Origin: Candidatus Hadarchaeales archaeon
Lineage (GTDB): Archaea > Hadarchaeota > Hadarchaeia > Hadarchaeales > Hadarchaeaceae
DNA length: 32,000 nucleotides
NCBI GenBank assembly: GCA_038823825.1
Contig: JAWBCC010000002.1
Coordinates: 1-32,000, forward strand
Reading direction: 5' to 3'
Position 1 is the stretch's first letter. Every line of letters starts with the position of its first letter. This document shows, one piece after another, positions 16,046-25,040 of the stretch. A program made the translations under genes and the position numbers. A model generated the notes under the pieces. That model saw nothing but the letters and a program-made list of their open reading frames with translations, ran no database searches and had not been told where the DNA came from.

Positions 16046-17224
16046 ATGAAGGTTGCGTGTGTCTTCGGGACGAGACCGGAGATAATCAAACTCTCGCCGG
16101 TGATTGAAGAGTGTGGAAAAACCGGGCTCGATGTGCTTCTTGTGCACACGGGACAACACTATGATTATGAGATGAGTGATATCTTTTTGCAAGAGTTGGG
16201 TGTTCCAAATCCGAATTACCATTTGGGAATCCGGACGGAAAATCCTTTGGAAAGATTTTCGGAGATAATCACAAGATTGGAAAGAGTTTTGAAAAAAGAA
16301 GAGCCAGATTTTATGCTCGCGCAGGGAGATACCGACACTGTTCCAGCCTCGCTGTTCGTCGCTAGGCGCTCCGGGATCCCTGGAGGGCACGTGGAGGCAG
16401 GGCTTAGATCGTTTAATCAAGCGAGCCCAGAGGAGCTCAACAGAAAGTTGGCCAGCCGGCTCGCCCTTTTGCATTTTGCACCGACCGAGCTTAACAGAGA
16501 ATTCCTTCTGTCTGAGGGAGTGGACCCGGCGAATATTTTCGTGACCGGAAATACCATCGTCGATGTTGTCGGAAAAGTCAGAAAAAGACTCAAATCTGAA
16601 ATCCTGAGCGAACTTGAAATTCGGGATGAGAAGCCGATTCTACTGGTTACGGTTCATAGACCAGGAAACGTTGACAACAAAAATAATCTTTCCGAGATCT
16701 TCGGTGCTCTCTGCGATCTCAAAGAATTCCAGATAGTATTTCCGATTCATCCGCGCACAGAAAAGAGAGCTGCCGAGTTCGGACTTTTGCAGAGCCTTCA
16801 GAGAGCCGAGCATGTAAAGGTTATAAAACCTCTTGGTTATCTAGATTTCCTTTCTCTTATGTCAAAGTGTGATCTCATTCTGACAGATTCTGGGGGACTA
16901 CAAGAAGAAGCTTGCGAATTCAAAAAGCCCGTCGTAGTGATGAGGGAAACCACGCCTCGGTGGGAATCTGTTCTAGCTGGTTTTGCATTTTTAGCCGGGA
17001 CAAAGAGAAGCAGGATAACTGCAACTGTTCAACGCATTGCAGCAGATGATGGTCTCAAAAAGAAATTGAGGAAAACAAAGAATCCCTTTGGAGATGGAAA
17101 GGCCTCAAAGAGAATCGCTCGGATTCTGCGCAGACTAGGGAATAAAATAGGATATCCCGAACCGGACGAAGCTATGGCTAATAGTATCTTGAGAAAAATA
17201 CGGAGGATGACGCGTGCCAGTTGA
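16046..17224 (+). CDS. wecB: UDP-N-acetylglucosamine 2-epimerase (non-hydrolysing)
   Basis: MKVACVFGTRPEIIKLSPVIEE, LVHTGQHYDYEMSD, AQGDTDTVPASL, GGHVEAGLRSF, VTVHRPGNVDN, LTDSGGLQEEACEF. Track start 16037 is a TTG; ATG at 16046 preferred. Confidence 0.9.
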   Translation: MKVACVFGTRPEIIKLSPVIEECGKTGLDVLLVHTGQHYDYEMSDIFLQELGVPNPNYHLGIRTENPLERFSEIITRLERVLKKEEPDFMLAQGDTDTVPASLFVARRSGIPGGHVEAGLRSFNQASPEELNRKLASRLALLHFAPTELNREFLLSEGVDPANIFVTGNTIVDVVGKVRKRLKSEILSELEIRDEKPILLVTVHRPGNVDNKNNLSEIFGALCDLKEFQIVFPIHPRTEKRAAEFGLLQSLQRAEHVKVIKPLGYLDFLSLMSKCDLILTDSGGLQEEACEFKKPVVVMRETTPRWESVLAGFAFLAGTKRSRITATVQRIAADDGLKKKLRKTKNPFGDGKASKRIARILRRLGNKIGYPEPDEAMANSILRKIRRMTRAS

Positions 17225-17906
17225 GGCGGTTCTATTCGACATAGATGATACCATTTACGACCATAAAGAATGGCTCGCTGGTGCTTTCCTCAAGGTCGGC
17301 GAACTCCTCGAATCTCTCTTCGGTCTAAATAGGAAGGAGGTTAGAGACATCCTGCTCCAGCTTACAGAAAAGTATACCTCGGCTGCCGGAAATCTTTTTA
17401 ACCTTCTTTTACGTCAGATCGGCCTGCCCGAAGAGGAAAAACTCATAAAAAGAATTATAGAATCTTTTTACTCCTACATGCCGGATAGACTCACTCCTTA
17501 TCCTGCAATGTATGAAGTTTTAAAAACTCTGAAACAAATGGGAAAAAAGCTTGGCATAGTTTCAGATGGAAGAAGAGATGTTCAACTCCAAAAATTGAAA
17601 GCTCTTGGGTTAGAGGGATTTTTCGATGTGGTTGTGATATCTGATGAATACGGAAGAGAAAAAAGAAAACCCAACACTTTTCCATACGAATTGGCTCTAA
17701 AGAAGCTTGGGGTAGAAGCTAAATGTGCGGTCTACGTTGGGGACAACCCAAACAAAGATTTCATCGGAGCTAAAAAACTGGGCATGAGAACCATCAGACT
17801 CCTGATGGGGGAGTACGCCAACGTTCGGACGAGTATCGAGCTGGAAGCCGATTTCTCGGTAAGAAATCCAATTGAGATACTTTCTGTGCTCGATAGAATA
17901 AAATAG
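17214..17906 (+). CDS. HAD-superfamily hydrolase
   Basis: VLFDIDDTIYDH, GIVSDGRRDVQ, KRKPNTFPYELALKKLGV, AVYVGDNPNKDFIGAKKLGM; GTG start overlapping wecB by 11 nt. Confidence 0.85.
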   Translation: MPVEAVLFDIDDTIYDHKEWLAGAFLKVGELLESLFGLNRKEVRDILLQLTEKYTSAAGNLFNLLLRQIGLPEEEKLIKRIIESFYSYMPDRLTPYPAMYEVLKTLKQMGKKLGIVSDGRRDVQLQKLKALGLEGFFDVVVISDEYGREKRKPNTFPYELALKKLGVEAKCAVYVGDNPNKDFIGAKKLGMRTIRLLMGEYANVRTSIELEADFSVRNPIEILSVLDRIK

Positions 17907-17929
17907 TTTTTCTTTCAAATATTTAAAAT

Positions 17930-18936
17930 GTGGAAGACAAAATCCTCATAACCGGAATTGGCGGTGCTGCTGGCATATCCGTTGCAAAGAGTCTAAACGA
18001 GTTTTATTTAGTGGGTGTAGACGCTAATCCAAATGCACCTGGAAAAGTGCTGGTGAATGAATTCTATCAGATACCCTATGCTCGTGAGGAAAACTTCGTC
18101 GAAGAGCTCGCGAAAATCGCGAAAGAATGTTACTGCATGTTTTGCACGGTCGATGAGGAACTTCCAATCGTTGCAAAAAACATGGATGTTTTCGGCTGTA
18201 AGGTGCTTGTTTCACCATTAGAAAGCATAGAAAGATGTCTTGACAAGTTTGCGCTCCATTCATACCTTCGTGATAGAGGACTACCGACTCCCAAGACAGT
18301 GTTGCTAGAAAACCAGAGTTTTGAAGAACTAATGACGGAGCTTGGACCTTTCATCGTGAAGCCTAGAAGAGGAAGAGGTAGTAGAGATTTTTTGAGGTCA
18401 AAAATGAAGATTACTTTAGGTTTATTTTGAGCGCAAAGAATTACTTAAAGAAAGAGTTCATCTGTCAGAAAGAATTGAAGGGCAAAGAATACTCGGTTGA
18501 CGTTCTGCTAGACGAAAATGGAAAATTTTTGATTGCTGTTCCACGCGAGAGAATCTTAACCGATAGCGGAATTTCGATTGTTGGGAAAACTGTCATAAAT
18601 CCAAAACTCCAGGAGATCGTGCCGAGGATTGTTGAAGCGCTGGGATTAAAATACATAGTAAATGTTCAACTTAAAGAGGACGAGAATGGTGAACCCTACG
18701 TAACGGAAGTTAACCCCCGACCCGCTGGAACACTTTATCTAACAACGCTGTCCGGAGTGAACATGCCAAGACTCCTAATTAAGCTACTCGCAAAGGAGAA
18801 AATTGAGCCGTGGGGGTTGAGATACGAGGAACTTATCATGTATAGACTTTTTGAAGAGAAGATTTACCGGAAAAAAGGAAGAGGAGGAAAACAGAAAAGC
18901 AAAATATACAGGCATGATGACGTCTATCTGAAATGA
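17930..18936 (+). pseudogene. ATP-grasp protein (CarB/PylC-like) interrupted by an apparent frameshift
   Basis: ORF 17930-18430 (KILITGIGGAAGISVAKSL...GPFIVKPRRGRGSRDF) continues in the -1 frame into 18427-18936 (QKELKGKEYSVDVLLDENGKF...YVTEVNPRPAGTLYLTTLSG). The frames join at TTTTTTG, 18388-18394. Confidence 0.7.
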
Positions 18937-20294
18937 ACAAAGATAAAAATCAACATTTTGAAATCCTCAAAAGAAGGTATAGGAAGAAAGAAGGCAGAAT
19001 ATTCGCGTTTTCTATCCTTATTCTCTTTCTGATATCCCTGCTTGGGTTTGCCAGATTTGACGGAAGAAATTTCGCGGCGTATCTTACAATTGCGATTCAA
19101 GCCGTCTTCATCGCTTATCTTCTCAGACATATGGCGTTTGCATATACAGGATTGCAGATGAAGTGGGATCGTGAAGAATTTTCCGATTACGAACCACCCA
19201 TAAGCATTCTGATTCCCGCAAGAAATGAGGAAAAAGTCATTCGAGGACTAATAGAAAGCCTCGCGGAGGTTGACTATCCTAGGGAAAAATTTCAGGTTAT
19301 CGCCGTCGATGATGCAAGCGATGACAAAACCGGAGAAATTTTGGATGAACTCGCCAGAAAATACGATTGGTTAATTGTCATCCACAGATCTAAAAAAGAC
19401 CATGATCTGGCTCCTGGTAAGAGCTCGGTTCTGAACGATGCTCTCAGATTTGCTAGTGGAGAAATAATCTTTGTCTACGATGCGGATCATCAGGTGAAGA
19501 AAGATACGATAAAGAAAATTGTTAGACATTTCAAGGATCCGAAGGTTGGAATGGCAATGGGCAGATGTGTTGTTAGAAATGCGGACAAAAACATTCTCAC
19601 CAAACTCATTTACATAGAATTCCTAAGCGGCTATAAGGTCAATCAGTATGGAAGAGAGCTTCTACATGGGCTCGCTGCTTATGGTGGAAGTAACTGTGCC
19701 ATAAGACGATCTCTTTTAGAAGAGCTTGGTGGTTTTAACATAAGCAGCGTGACGGAAGATACGGATTTAACAGTTCGCGGGGTTCTTGAAGGTTATCGAG
19801 TAGTTTACGATGACGACGCTGTTTCGACTGAATTAGCGGTCACAAATCTAACAAGATATTGGAAGCAGAGATATCGCTGGGCCTATGGCCATCAACATGT
19901 CTTCTACGACTATTGGCTTGATGTCGTAAGATGCAAGCATCTTGGAATTCTTGACAAAATCGAATTTTTGATGTTTCTTTTCATCTATCACATGCCGGTT
20001 GTCATGTTCCTTGGTCTTCTCTTAACTTTCATGTGGGCTTTCGGAATTTTCCTTCCTAGAGATCCGTTTATCGGGCTTACACTCTGGATAGTTTTGCTCC
20101 TCGGACCTCTTTTGGAACTCGCAGCCGGACTCGTGTTGGCTAGAGAAAAGGGAAAGATGGCATTCTATCTAATACTCTTCCTTCCGCTCTTTTTCCTATC
20201 AATTATGATATGTACAAAGGCTTTCCTAGACGGAATAATCCGGGGAATAACAAAAGAGAGATATGTGTGGGTAAAAACTGAGAGGGAGATTTGA
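18933..20294 (+). CDS. Membrane glycosyltransferase family 2 (cellulose/poly-GlcNAc synthase-like)
   Basis: 453 aa; PPISILIPARNEEKVI, VIAVDDASDDKT, VYDADHQVKK, VTEDTDLTVR, QRYRWAYGH; several TM segments. Confidence 0.88.
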   Translation: MNKDKNQHFEILKRRYRKKEGRIFAFSILILFLISLLGFARFDGRNFAAYLTIAIQAVFIAYLLRHMAFAYTGLQMKWDREEFSDYEPPISILIPARNEEKVIRGLIESLAEVDYPREKFQVIAVDDASDDKTGEILDELARKYDWLIVIHRSKKDHDLAPGKSSVLNDALRFASGEIIFVYDADHQVKKDTIKKIVRHFKDPKVGMAMGRCVVRNADKNILTKLIYIEFLSGYKVNQYGRELLHGLAAYGGSNCAIRRSLLEELGGFNISSVTEDTDLTVRGVLEGYRVVYDDDAVSTELAVTNLTRYWKQRYRWAYGHQHVFYDYWLDVVRCKHLGILDKIEFLMFLFIYHMPVVMFLGLLLTFMWAFGIFLPRDPFIGLTLWIVLLLGPLLELAAGLVLAREKGKMAFYLILFLPLFFLSIMICTKAFLDGIIRGITKERYVWVKTEREI

Positions 20295-20830
20295 TGAAGA
20301 GATATGTTAGAATTAAAGCGGTAAAATTCTTCGTAACATTCTTTCTGATTTTGTCCGTTGCTCTCGTCTTTGCATATCAGATAAATGATGAGTTTAGGGA
20401 AATTGAAACAAAATTCATCGTGAGACTTACTAGAGCTTTGGGTTTAGAGACAAGTAGAGCTCCTCCTCACAAAATTTTTGCATATTATCCAGAAGGAGCA
20501 TTCATTCTTGAAATGACATTGTCCTGCTCGGCTCTTTTCCCAATTGCCACTTTCTTGTTTTTGGTTCTCTTGACGCCGGGTATATCTTTGAGAATGAAGC
20601 TTCTAGCTGGAATATTAACATGTCCGATCCTTTATCTCTTGAACGCTCTCCGCGTAGTGCTAGTTTTTTACGCCGGAAAAGTTTTGGGTAAGGGAGCTAT
20701 TCTTCTATTTCACGATTGGATGGGCGGCGCGATAATGTTTTTTGCCGCTCTCACTTCTTATTCAGTATGGCTCTTTCTCGTTCTGACAAGGCCAAGTGAG
20801 ATAAAACCAAGAACTTTATATCCTGAGTAA
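20291..20830 (+). CDS. Archaeosortase/exosortase-family transpeptidase-like membrane protein
   Basis: 179 aa; predicted catalytic pattern Cys in EMTLSCSALFPIATFLF (TGC ~20525), Arg in LLNALRVVLVFYAG, His in LLFHDWMGG; all within a polytopic protein. Confidence 0.8.
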   Translation: MMKRYVRIKAVKFFVTFFLILSVALVFAYQINDEFREIETKFIVRLTRALGLETSRAPPHKIFAYYPEGAFILEMTLSCSALFPIATFLFLVLLTPGISLRMKLLAGILTCPILYLLNALRVVLVFYAGKVLGKGAILLFHDWMGGAIMFFAALTSYSVWLFLVLTRPSEIKPRTLYPE

Positions 20831-21442
20831 GAATTTGCTGGCCCAGAATACCTCGGCATATTTTACCCCGACAGCTAGACCCCGATATGCGGCGGTCTTT
20901 TCAACGTAATCGCACAGGTTTGCCCTCGGACCGGAGAGCTGAGAGCGATGAATTTTCAGAGCACGAAGTTTGAGTCGGAGTTCCTGCGATATGTCCACAT
21001 AAATGCATCCGATGGAAGGTTTTATGATTGAGGAAGGGGTCTCGCCAAAGAGAATTCTGTTGTGTCTGCGAGCCGCAGATATTGTTGAGTGTCCGGTTGC
21101 TTTGTGATCCTGGTGACTGTCCCAAGGAAGATGGGTTACTACAATATCTGGTTCAACTTTCCTTAACCATTCTTCGATAAGGTGAACTGTATCGACGTCG
21201 TGCTGGATCTTGCCGTCAGGCAATCCTCCAAACAAAACTTTTCTGATTCCGAGAATCTTGGCAGCTCTTTCTACCTCTCTTCTCCTTTGACCCGGTCTTC
21301 CACCGAGCTCGCCGTTGGAGAGAATCCCTGTAGTAACCTCTGTCCCCAGCTTTGACAATTTTGCGATTGTTCCTCCAGCTATGAGCTCCGGATCATCTGG
21401 ATGTGCTCCAATGACTAACACCGATTCAGGTATGATTGGCAT
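20816..21442 (-). CDS. PIG-L/LmbE family deacetylase
   Basis: 208 aa; VLVIGAHPDDPELIAGGTIAKL and THLPWDSHQDHKATG; overlaps the archaeosortase-like gene tail to tail by 15 nt. Confidence 0.88.
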   Translation of the reverse strand: MPIIPESVLVIGAHPDDPELIAGGTIAKLSKLGTEVTTGILSNGELGGRPGQRRREVERAAKILGIRKVLFGGLPDGKIQHDVDTVHLIEEWLRKVEPDIVVTHLPWDSHQDHKATGHSTISAARRHNRILFGETPSSIIKPSIGCIYVDISQELRLKLRALKIHRSQLSGPRANLCDYVEKTAAYRGLAVGVKYAEVFWASKFLLRI

Positions 21443-21510
21443 CCTATCATCTCAAAGTAGGAAGAAACAATAAAAGATTTTTGCCGTCATTTTTTGATTC
21501 TTCTTCTGGT
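21415..21510. repeat. Direct repeat copy 1: PIG-L 5' end plus upstream region
   Basis: ctaacaccgattcaggtatgattggcatcctatcatctcaaagtaggaagaaacaataaaagatttttgccgtcattttttgattctt. Confidence 0.75.
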
Positions 21511-21570
21511 GGAATACATACAACCAGCTTGGGGCTTTCCTATACCCACACAAGGTTGGCAATGCATTTT

Positions 21571-21966
21571 TCATGGAAGCAGAGATTCTCTCGTCCAGCC
21601 AGACATCTTTTTCAGTTCCTCCCCACCCACGTACACGATGGCATCTACCTTTCTCCCATCCTCGAGCTCGACTTCCACGACCTTCTTTGTAAAAAGTCCA
21701 AAAGAAACTCCCTCTATCTCATCTAACTTCCTGATGATTTCATCCGGAACGCATTGATAGAGCTCGCCCTTAACGCTTCCTGATGGGTCCTCTTTGATGA
21801 ACGGAAAGTTTAGCTCAGAAGGCCAGACGAGTCTGAAACCCCGAATTCTACCTAAAACAGGCTGATAGCAGGCCAATACATTGGATCTAGGATGCGTGAT
21901 AACCTCCCCGCTCCTGGGGTCTCTGAATTTCCTCATCAAGGTCCCATAAACAAAAACGTTCGTCAT
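21571..21966 (-). CDS. Gamma-glutamylcyclotransferase-like (AIG2/BtrG fold) protein, copy A
   Basis: 131 aa; VFVYGTLMRKF and GELYQCVPDEIIRKLDEIEG. Confidence 0.8.
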   Translation of the reverse strand: MTNVFVYGTLMRKFRDPRSGEVITHPRSNVLACYQPVLGRIRGFRLVWPSELNFPFIKEDPSGSVKGELYQCVPDEIIRKLDEIEGVSFGLFTKKVVEVELEDGRKVDAIVYVGGEELKKMSGWTRESLLP

Positions 21967-22481
21967 TTTGTCGGAATCGATTTCAGCTTCTGAATGTAGT
22001 CCTTTGGAAAGCCGTTCTTAACCGCGGAACGAATCAACAGATTTAAGTACTCTGGGGTCGGTGGTACGAACTGGGCTGCTGGCTGCTTTACAACAAATGT
22101 TATTGCCTCCTTCACCAAGCCATCACGCGTCATCACGCTCACCCGCTTTTCTTGGTAAACCTTTGGGGCTCCCTCCTTCTTCCTGAGTTTCTCAAAATCA
22201 TCCTTCGTGAGCTCCATCAAAAGCCCCCAGACTTCCTCTCCCTCACATCTTTGAATGTTGGCCACCCCTCCGCATCTGGTTGCGGAGTAATAGTTAAAAA
22301 CAAGCTTCCAACCTTTTAGCACTGCTACTTCTTTTACAAGTGGCTTGACGGGCTGATAGTTGTGCATTCGACACCAATTTTCCAGATCCTCCTCGTCCAT
22401 GTTGGATCCATAAGCAAAGTAAAGCACGCGATCTTCATTAGAGCAGATTTGAGCAAACAATCCTGACCTTACTGATAACAC
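21963..22481 (-). CDS. Gamma-glutamylcyclotransferase-like protein, copy B
   Basis: 172 aa; VLYFAYGSNMDEEDL, GVANIQRCEGEEVWGLLMELTKDDFEKLRKKEGAPKVYQEKRV; overlaps copy A by 4 nt. Confidence 0.8.
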   Translation of the reverse strand: MLSVRSGLFAQICSNEDRVLYFAYGSNMDEEDLENWCRMHNYQPVKPLVKEVAVLKGWKLVFNYYSATRCGGVANIQRCEGEEVWGLLMELTKDDFEKLRKKEGAPKVYQEKRVSVMTRDGLVKEAITFVVKQPAAQFVPPTPEYLNLLIRSAVKNGFPKDYIQKLKSIPTK

Positions 22482-22570
22482 ATTAACAAGTGTTTCTTTT
22501 CACATTTAAAATATTTGTTTCCAAAATTTAGTGATGTCCGAAGAATCCACGATTGTTTTCTAGTTAATCT

Positions 22571-22653
22571 AGCACCGATTCGAGTATGACGGGCATCTTA
22601 TTATCTCAAAGTAGAAAGAAACAATATTTGCCGTTATTTTCTGGTTCTTATGT
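22571..22653. repeat. Direct repeat copy 2: decayed fragment of the PIG-L 5' region
   Basis: agcaccgattcgagtatgacgggcatcttattatctcaaagtagaaagaaacaatatttgccgttattttctggttctt; minus strand reads MPVILESVLD-stop against MPIIPESVLV in the intact gene. Confidence 0.72.
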
Positions 22654-23329
22654 AGAGACCCAGAAATGCAAACAAAAGCACAACAGAAAGCGTGAACAAG
22701 CCAGCCATGCTGATCGGGATAGCTGAAGATTCTATTTCATACATCTGAGTTGAGTCTTGGGGATTTGTGAAACTGGAAGTAGACCACTGGAAGTAAACGT
22801 TATCATATTGGATATCCATGTTTTCCACCCCTATCGAGAAAACTAGATAGTTGTCTCCTATTTCATAGTACGGTTGAGTTGTTGTTTTAATTAAGCTTCC
22901 ATCCTCGGAGAATTCAACGATTGACGGAATCAAGTACCATGGGGGAGCGTACGGCTCGATGGGTGGAGGTTTGGGAGGCGGAATAAATATCAAAAGAGTC
23001 CAAGTCAAAAGGTAATCGACCCCAGTTCCCGATTGTCCACCTGGCCTGCAATCAATGTTTATGTTGTAAGTATACCTCGATACTCCAAATAATATATCTC
23101 CGTCACCGCCCGATGGAAATGGTCCATGATACTCCGATCTGAATAACCACAGTCCGTTTTCCACTTTATATCCATGACCCCGTATGTCGAGCCACGCTGG
23201 AATTCCGGGGTCTTGTCCATCATCTCCTAGGTAAGTCCACCCTTCCCAGTTACCGAAGACTGGTGTAGTAAATAAGACTAATGCTAGCAGAGGCACCATC
23301 GCTGCCGCAACTTTTTTTGTCCTTTTCAT
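22634..23329 (-). CDS. Secreted protein with C-terminal TM and basic tail
   Basis: 231 aa; signal peptide MKRTKKVAAAMVPLLALVLFTTPVFG, C-terminus AIPISMAGLFTLSVVLLFAFLGLYIRTRK. Confidence 0.7.
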   Translation of the reverse strand: MKRTKKVAAAMVPLLALVLFTTPVFGNWEGWTYLGDDGQDPGIPAWLDIRGHGYKVENGLWLFRSEYHGPFPSGGDGDILFGVSRYTYNINIDCRPGGQSGTGVDYLLTWTLLIFIPPPKPPPIEPYAPPWYLIPSIVEFSEDGSLIKTTTQPYYEIGDNYLVFSIGVENMDIQYDNVYFQWSTSSFTNPQDSTQMYEIESSAIPISMAGLFTLSVVLLFAFLGLYIRTRK

Positions 23330-23593
23330 ACTTGAAGAAGTATTCCCAAGAATCCTTTATAAAGCTTTCTATTTTTCGCTAAACCGAAAAAGAGTTTTTC
23401 TTTAGAATTTTTGGTTAAAATAAAAAAAATTTGTAACTTTTTGTCTAAAAATGTCTGACTTTTATCTCTCTTTTGTTATTGTTAAAAAAGCAAAACAGAG
23501 CGTTGACATGCAAGAAAATCCATGCCCGTAAATATTCTTCAATTTCGCCTGTAGGGTGACGCCACCTGACCCAAAAACTAAAGAATTCAAAAC

Positions 23594-23833
23594 ATGAAAA
23601 CTCTTGTGGTTGAAATGGACTTCCTCACAAAGAAGGCGATTTCGGCGGCCATAATAATCGCATGCGGAGTTTTCCTGATAGTCTTCAGCTTTTTCCTGCC
23701 CCAAGAGCTTATGGCAGTCACGCTCTTACCGGGATTTTTCCTCATAGCCGTGGGATCTCTCGAACTCCGAGAATATCGAGAGCTTTCCAAGATAATAGAG
23801 ATGGGTAAAAAAGCCCTGAAAAGAAGACAATAG
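23594..23833 (+). CDS. Small membrane protein, two predicted TM segments
   Basis: 79 aa; AISAAIIIACGVFLIVFSFFL and LMAVTLLPGFFLIAVGSLEL with charged tail. Confidence 0.5.
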   Translation: MKTLVVEMDFLTKKAISAAIIIACGVFLIVFSFFLPQELMAVTLLPGFFLIAVGSLELREYRELSKIIEMGKKALKRRQ

Positions 23834-23875
23834 TCAACTTAATTAAAGAGTTCAAAACCATTTTATAATGGTTGG

Positions 23876-24442
23876 ATGCCCAAAAAGGAGCCCGTCTCGC
23901 CAATTATGGAAACTATTTCCAGATTAAGAGAAAGCTATGATACCCGCCTTTCGACAATTAGCGAAAGCATCGGAAGTCTGAAGGCAAGGCTCGATGAACT
24001 TGAGCAGATTTTTTCCGAGCTCAAGGGGGCGAGCAAAGAAGCTCTCGATTTCCTCAGAGAAACTAGGCCACAAATACTTCTCTCCAACATGAAAAAACTC
24101 GAAATAGAAATTGAGGAAATTAAAGGGAGGCTCAGAGTCAATGAGGAAACACTCACAGAGCTCGGAAGGGATCTCAGAGAGGTAAAGCAGATGGTAAGTG
24201 AATTTAAAGGAATAGAGGAGTTATTGGAACTCGCGAAAGAAATAAGGGAAGATATAAGAGAAGTTGAGGAACTAAGGAAGAAAACAGAGGCGCATGCGGA
24301 TAAAATAGAAGCCATTTTTGTTGACATACACCGGAAAACCCGTGAAATAAAGGAATTGACTGCCTATGTGGAGGGGTTGAGAGAACTTGTTAGGGATCTC
24401 GAGAAAAAAGTCACAAAGCTCGAAATTTCGAGGAAAAAGTAG
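23876..24442 (+). CDS. Coiled-coil protein, paralogue of the 15322-16017 product
   Basis: 188 aa; LREVKQMVSEFKGIEELLELAKEIREDIREVEEL...ADKIEAIF aligns with LREVRREIGKFRGVESVLSLSEEVRADLTEMEKI...ADRVMAIF. Confidence 0.7.
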   Translation: MPKKEPVSPIMETISRLRESYDTRLSTISESIGSLKARLDELEQIFSELKGASKEALDFLRETRPQILLSNMKKLEIEIEEIKGRLRVNEETLTELGRDLREVKQMVSEFKGIEELLELAKEIREDIREVEELRKKTEAHADKIEAIFVDIHRKTREIKELTAYVEGLRELVRDLEKKVTKLEISRKK

Positions 24443-24464
24443 TCCTGCAAAGAGTGGTGGTAAA

Positions 24465-25016
24465 GTGGCCAAGAGAAAAGCGGCCATTAAAGAGAAAAAA
24501 TTAGAGAAACGGCAAGAAAAAACGCCAAATCTGGAACCGATTCTCGAAACCGTCGGCTATCTCGTCGGCGAGAAAGGGGAAAGAGTGATACGAGCGCTAA
24601 CGAGAGGAGAAATGACAGATGAGGAGCTGGCGAAAAAAACGAATTTACAGGTAAACCAAATCAGGAGCATTCTCTATATTCTTCACGAAAACAGAATCGT
24701 TTCGTATAGAAGGGAGAGAGAGGAGAACAGCGGATGGTATGTTCACTATTGGAGACTCGAACCGGAGAGAGCTCTCGACTACATAAAAGAACAAAAAGCA
24801 GAACTCCTTAGAAAACTCGAGGAAAGGCTAGCGGAAGAAGAGAGCAAGATATATTTTACCTGCGAGAAAGAATACGCACGTGTTTCCTACGAAAATGCGA
24901 TGGGTACGGAGTTTAAATGTCCGACCTGCGGGGGCACGCTTAAGCCCTACGATAACAGTGCCATCGTAAATTCTCTTAAGGCACAGATCGAGAGGCTGCG
25001 CAGAGAGCTTTCCTGA
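24465..25016 (+). CDS. tfe: Transcription factor E (TFE/TFIIE-alpha homologue)
   Basis: Winged-helix MTDEELAKKTNLQVNQIRSILYILHENRIVSYRREREENSGWYVHYWRL and C-terminal zinc ribbon YFTCEKEYARVSYENAMGTEFKCPTCGGTLKPYDN. GTG at 24465 preferred to the track start 24387. Confidence 0.9.
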   Translation: MAKRKAAIKEKKLEKRQEKTPNLEPILETVGYLVGEKGERVIRALTRGEMTDEELAKKTNLQVNQIRSILYILHENRIVSYRREREENSGWYVHYWRLEPERALDYIKEQKAELLRKLEERLAEEESKIYFTCEKEYARVSYENAMGTEFKCPTCGGTLKPYDNSAIVNSLKAQIERLRRELS

Positions 25017-25040
25017 ATTTTTCCTTTGGAGGAGATAATT

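Noticed and set aside
18428-18936. Treating the 18427-18936 ORF as an independent gene
   Set aside because: It is the C-terminal half of the same ATP-grasp protein, with no credible start signal of its own.
23330-23590. AT-rich intergenic region considered as CRISPR or a mobile-element end
   Set aside because: No regularly spaced repeats, inverted termini or transposase remnant seen; no CRISPR array was found anywhere in the window.
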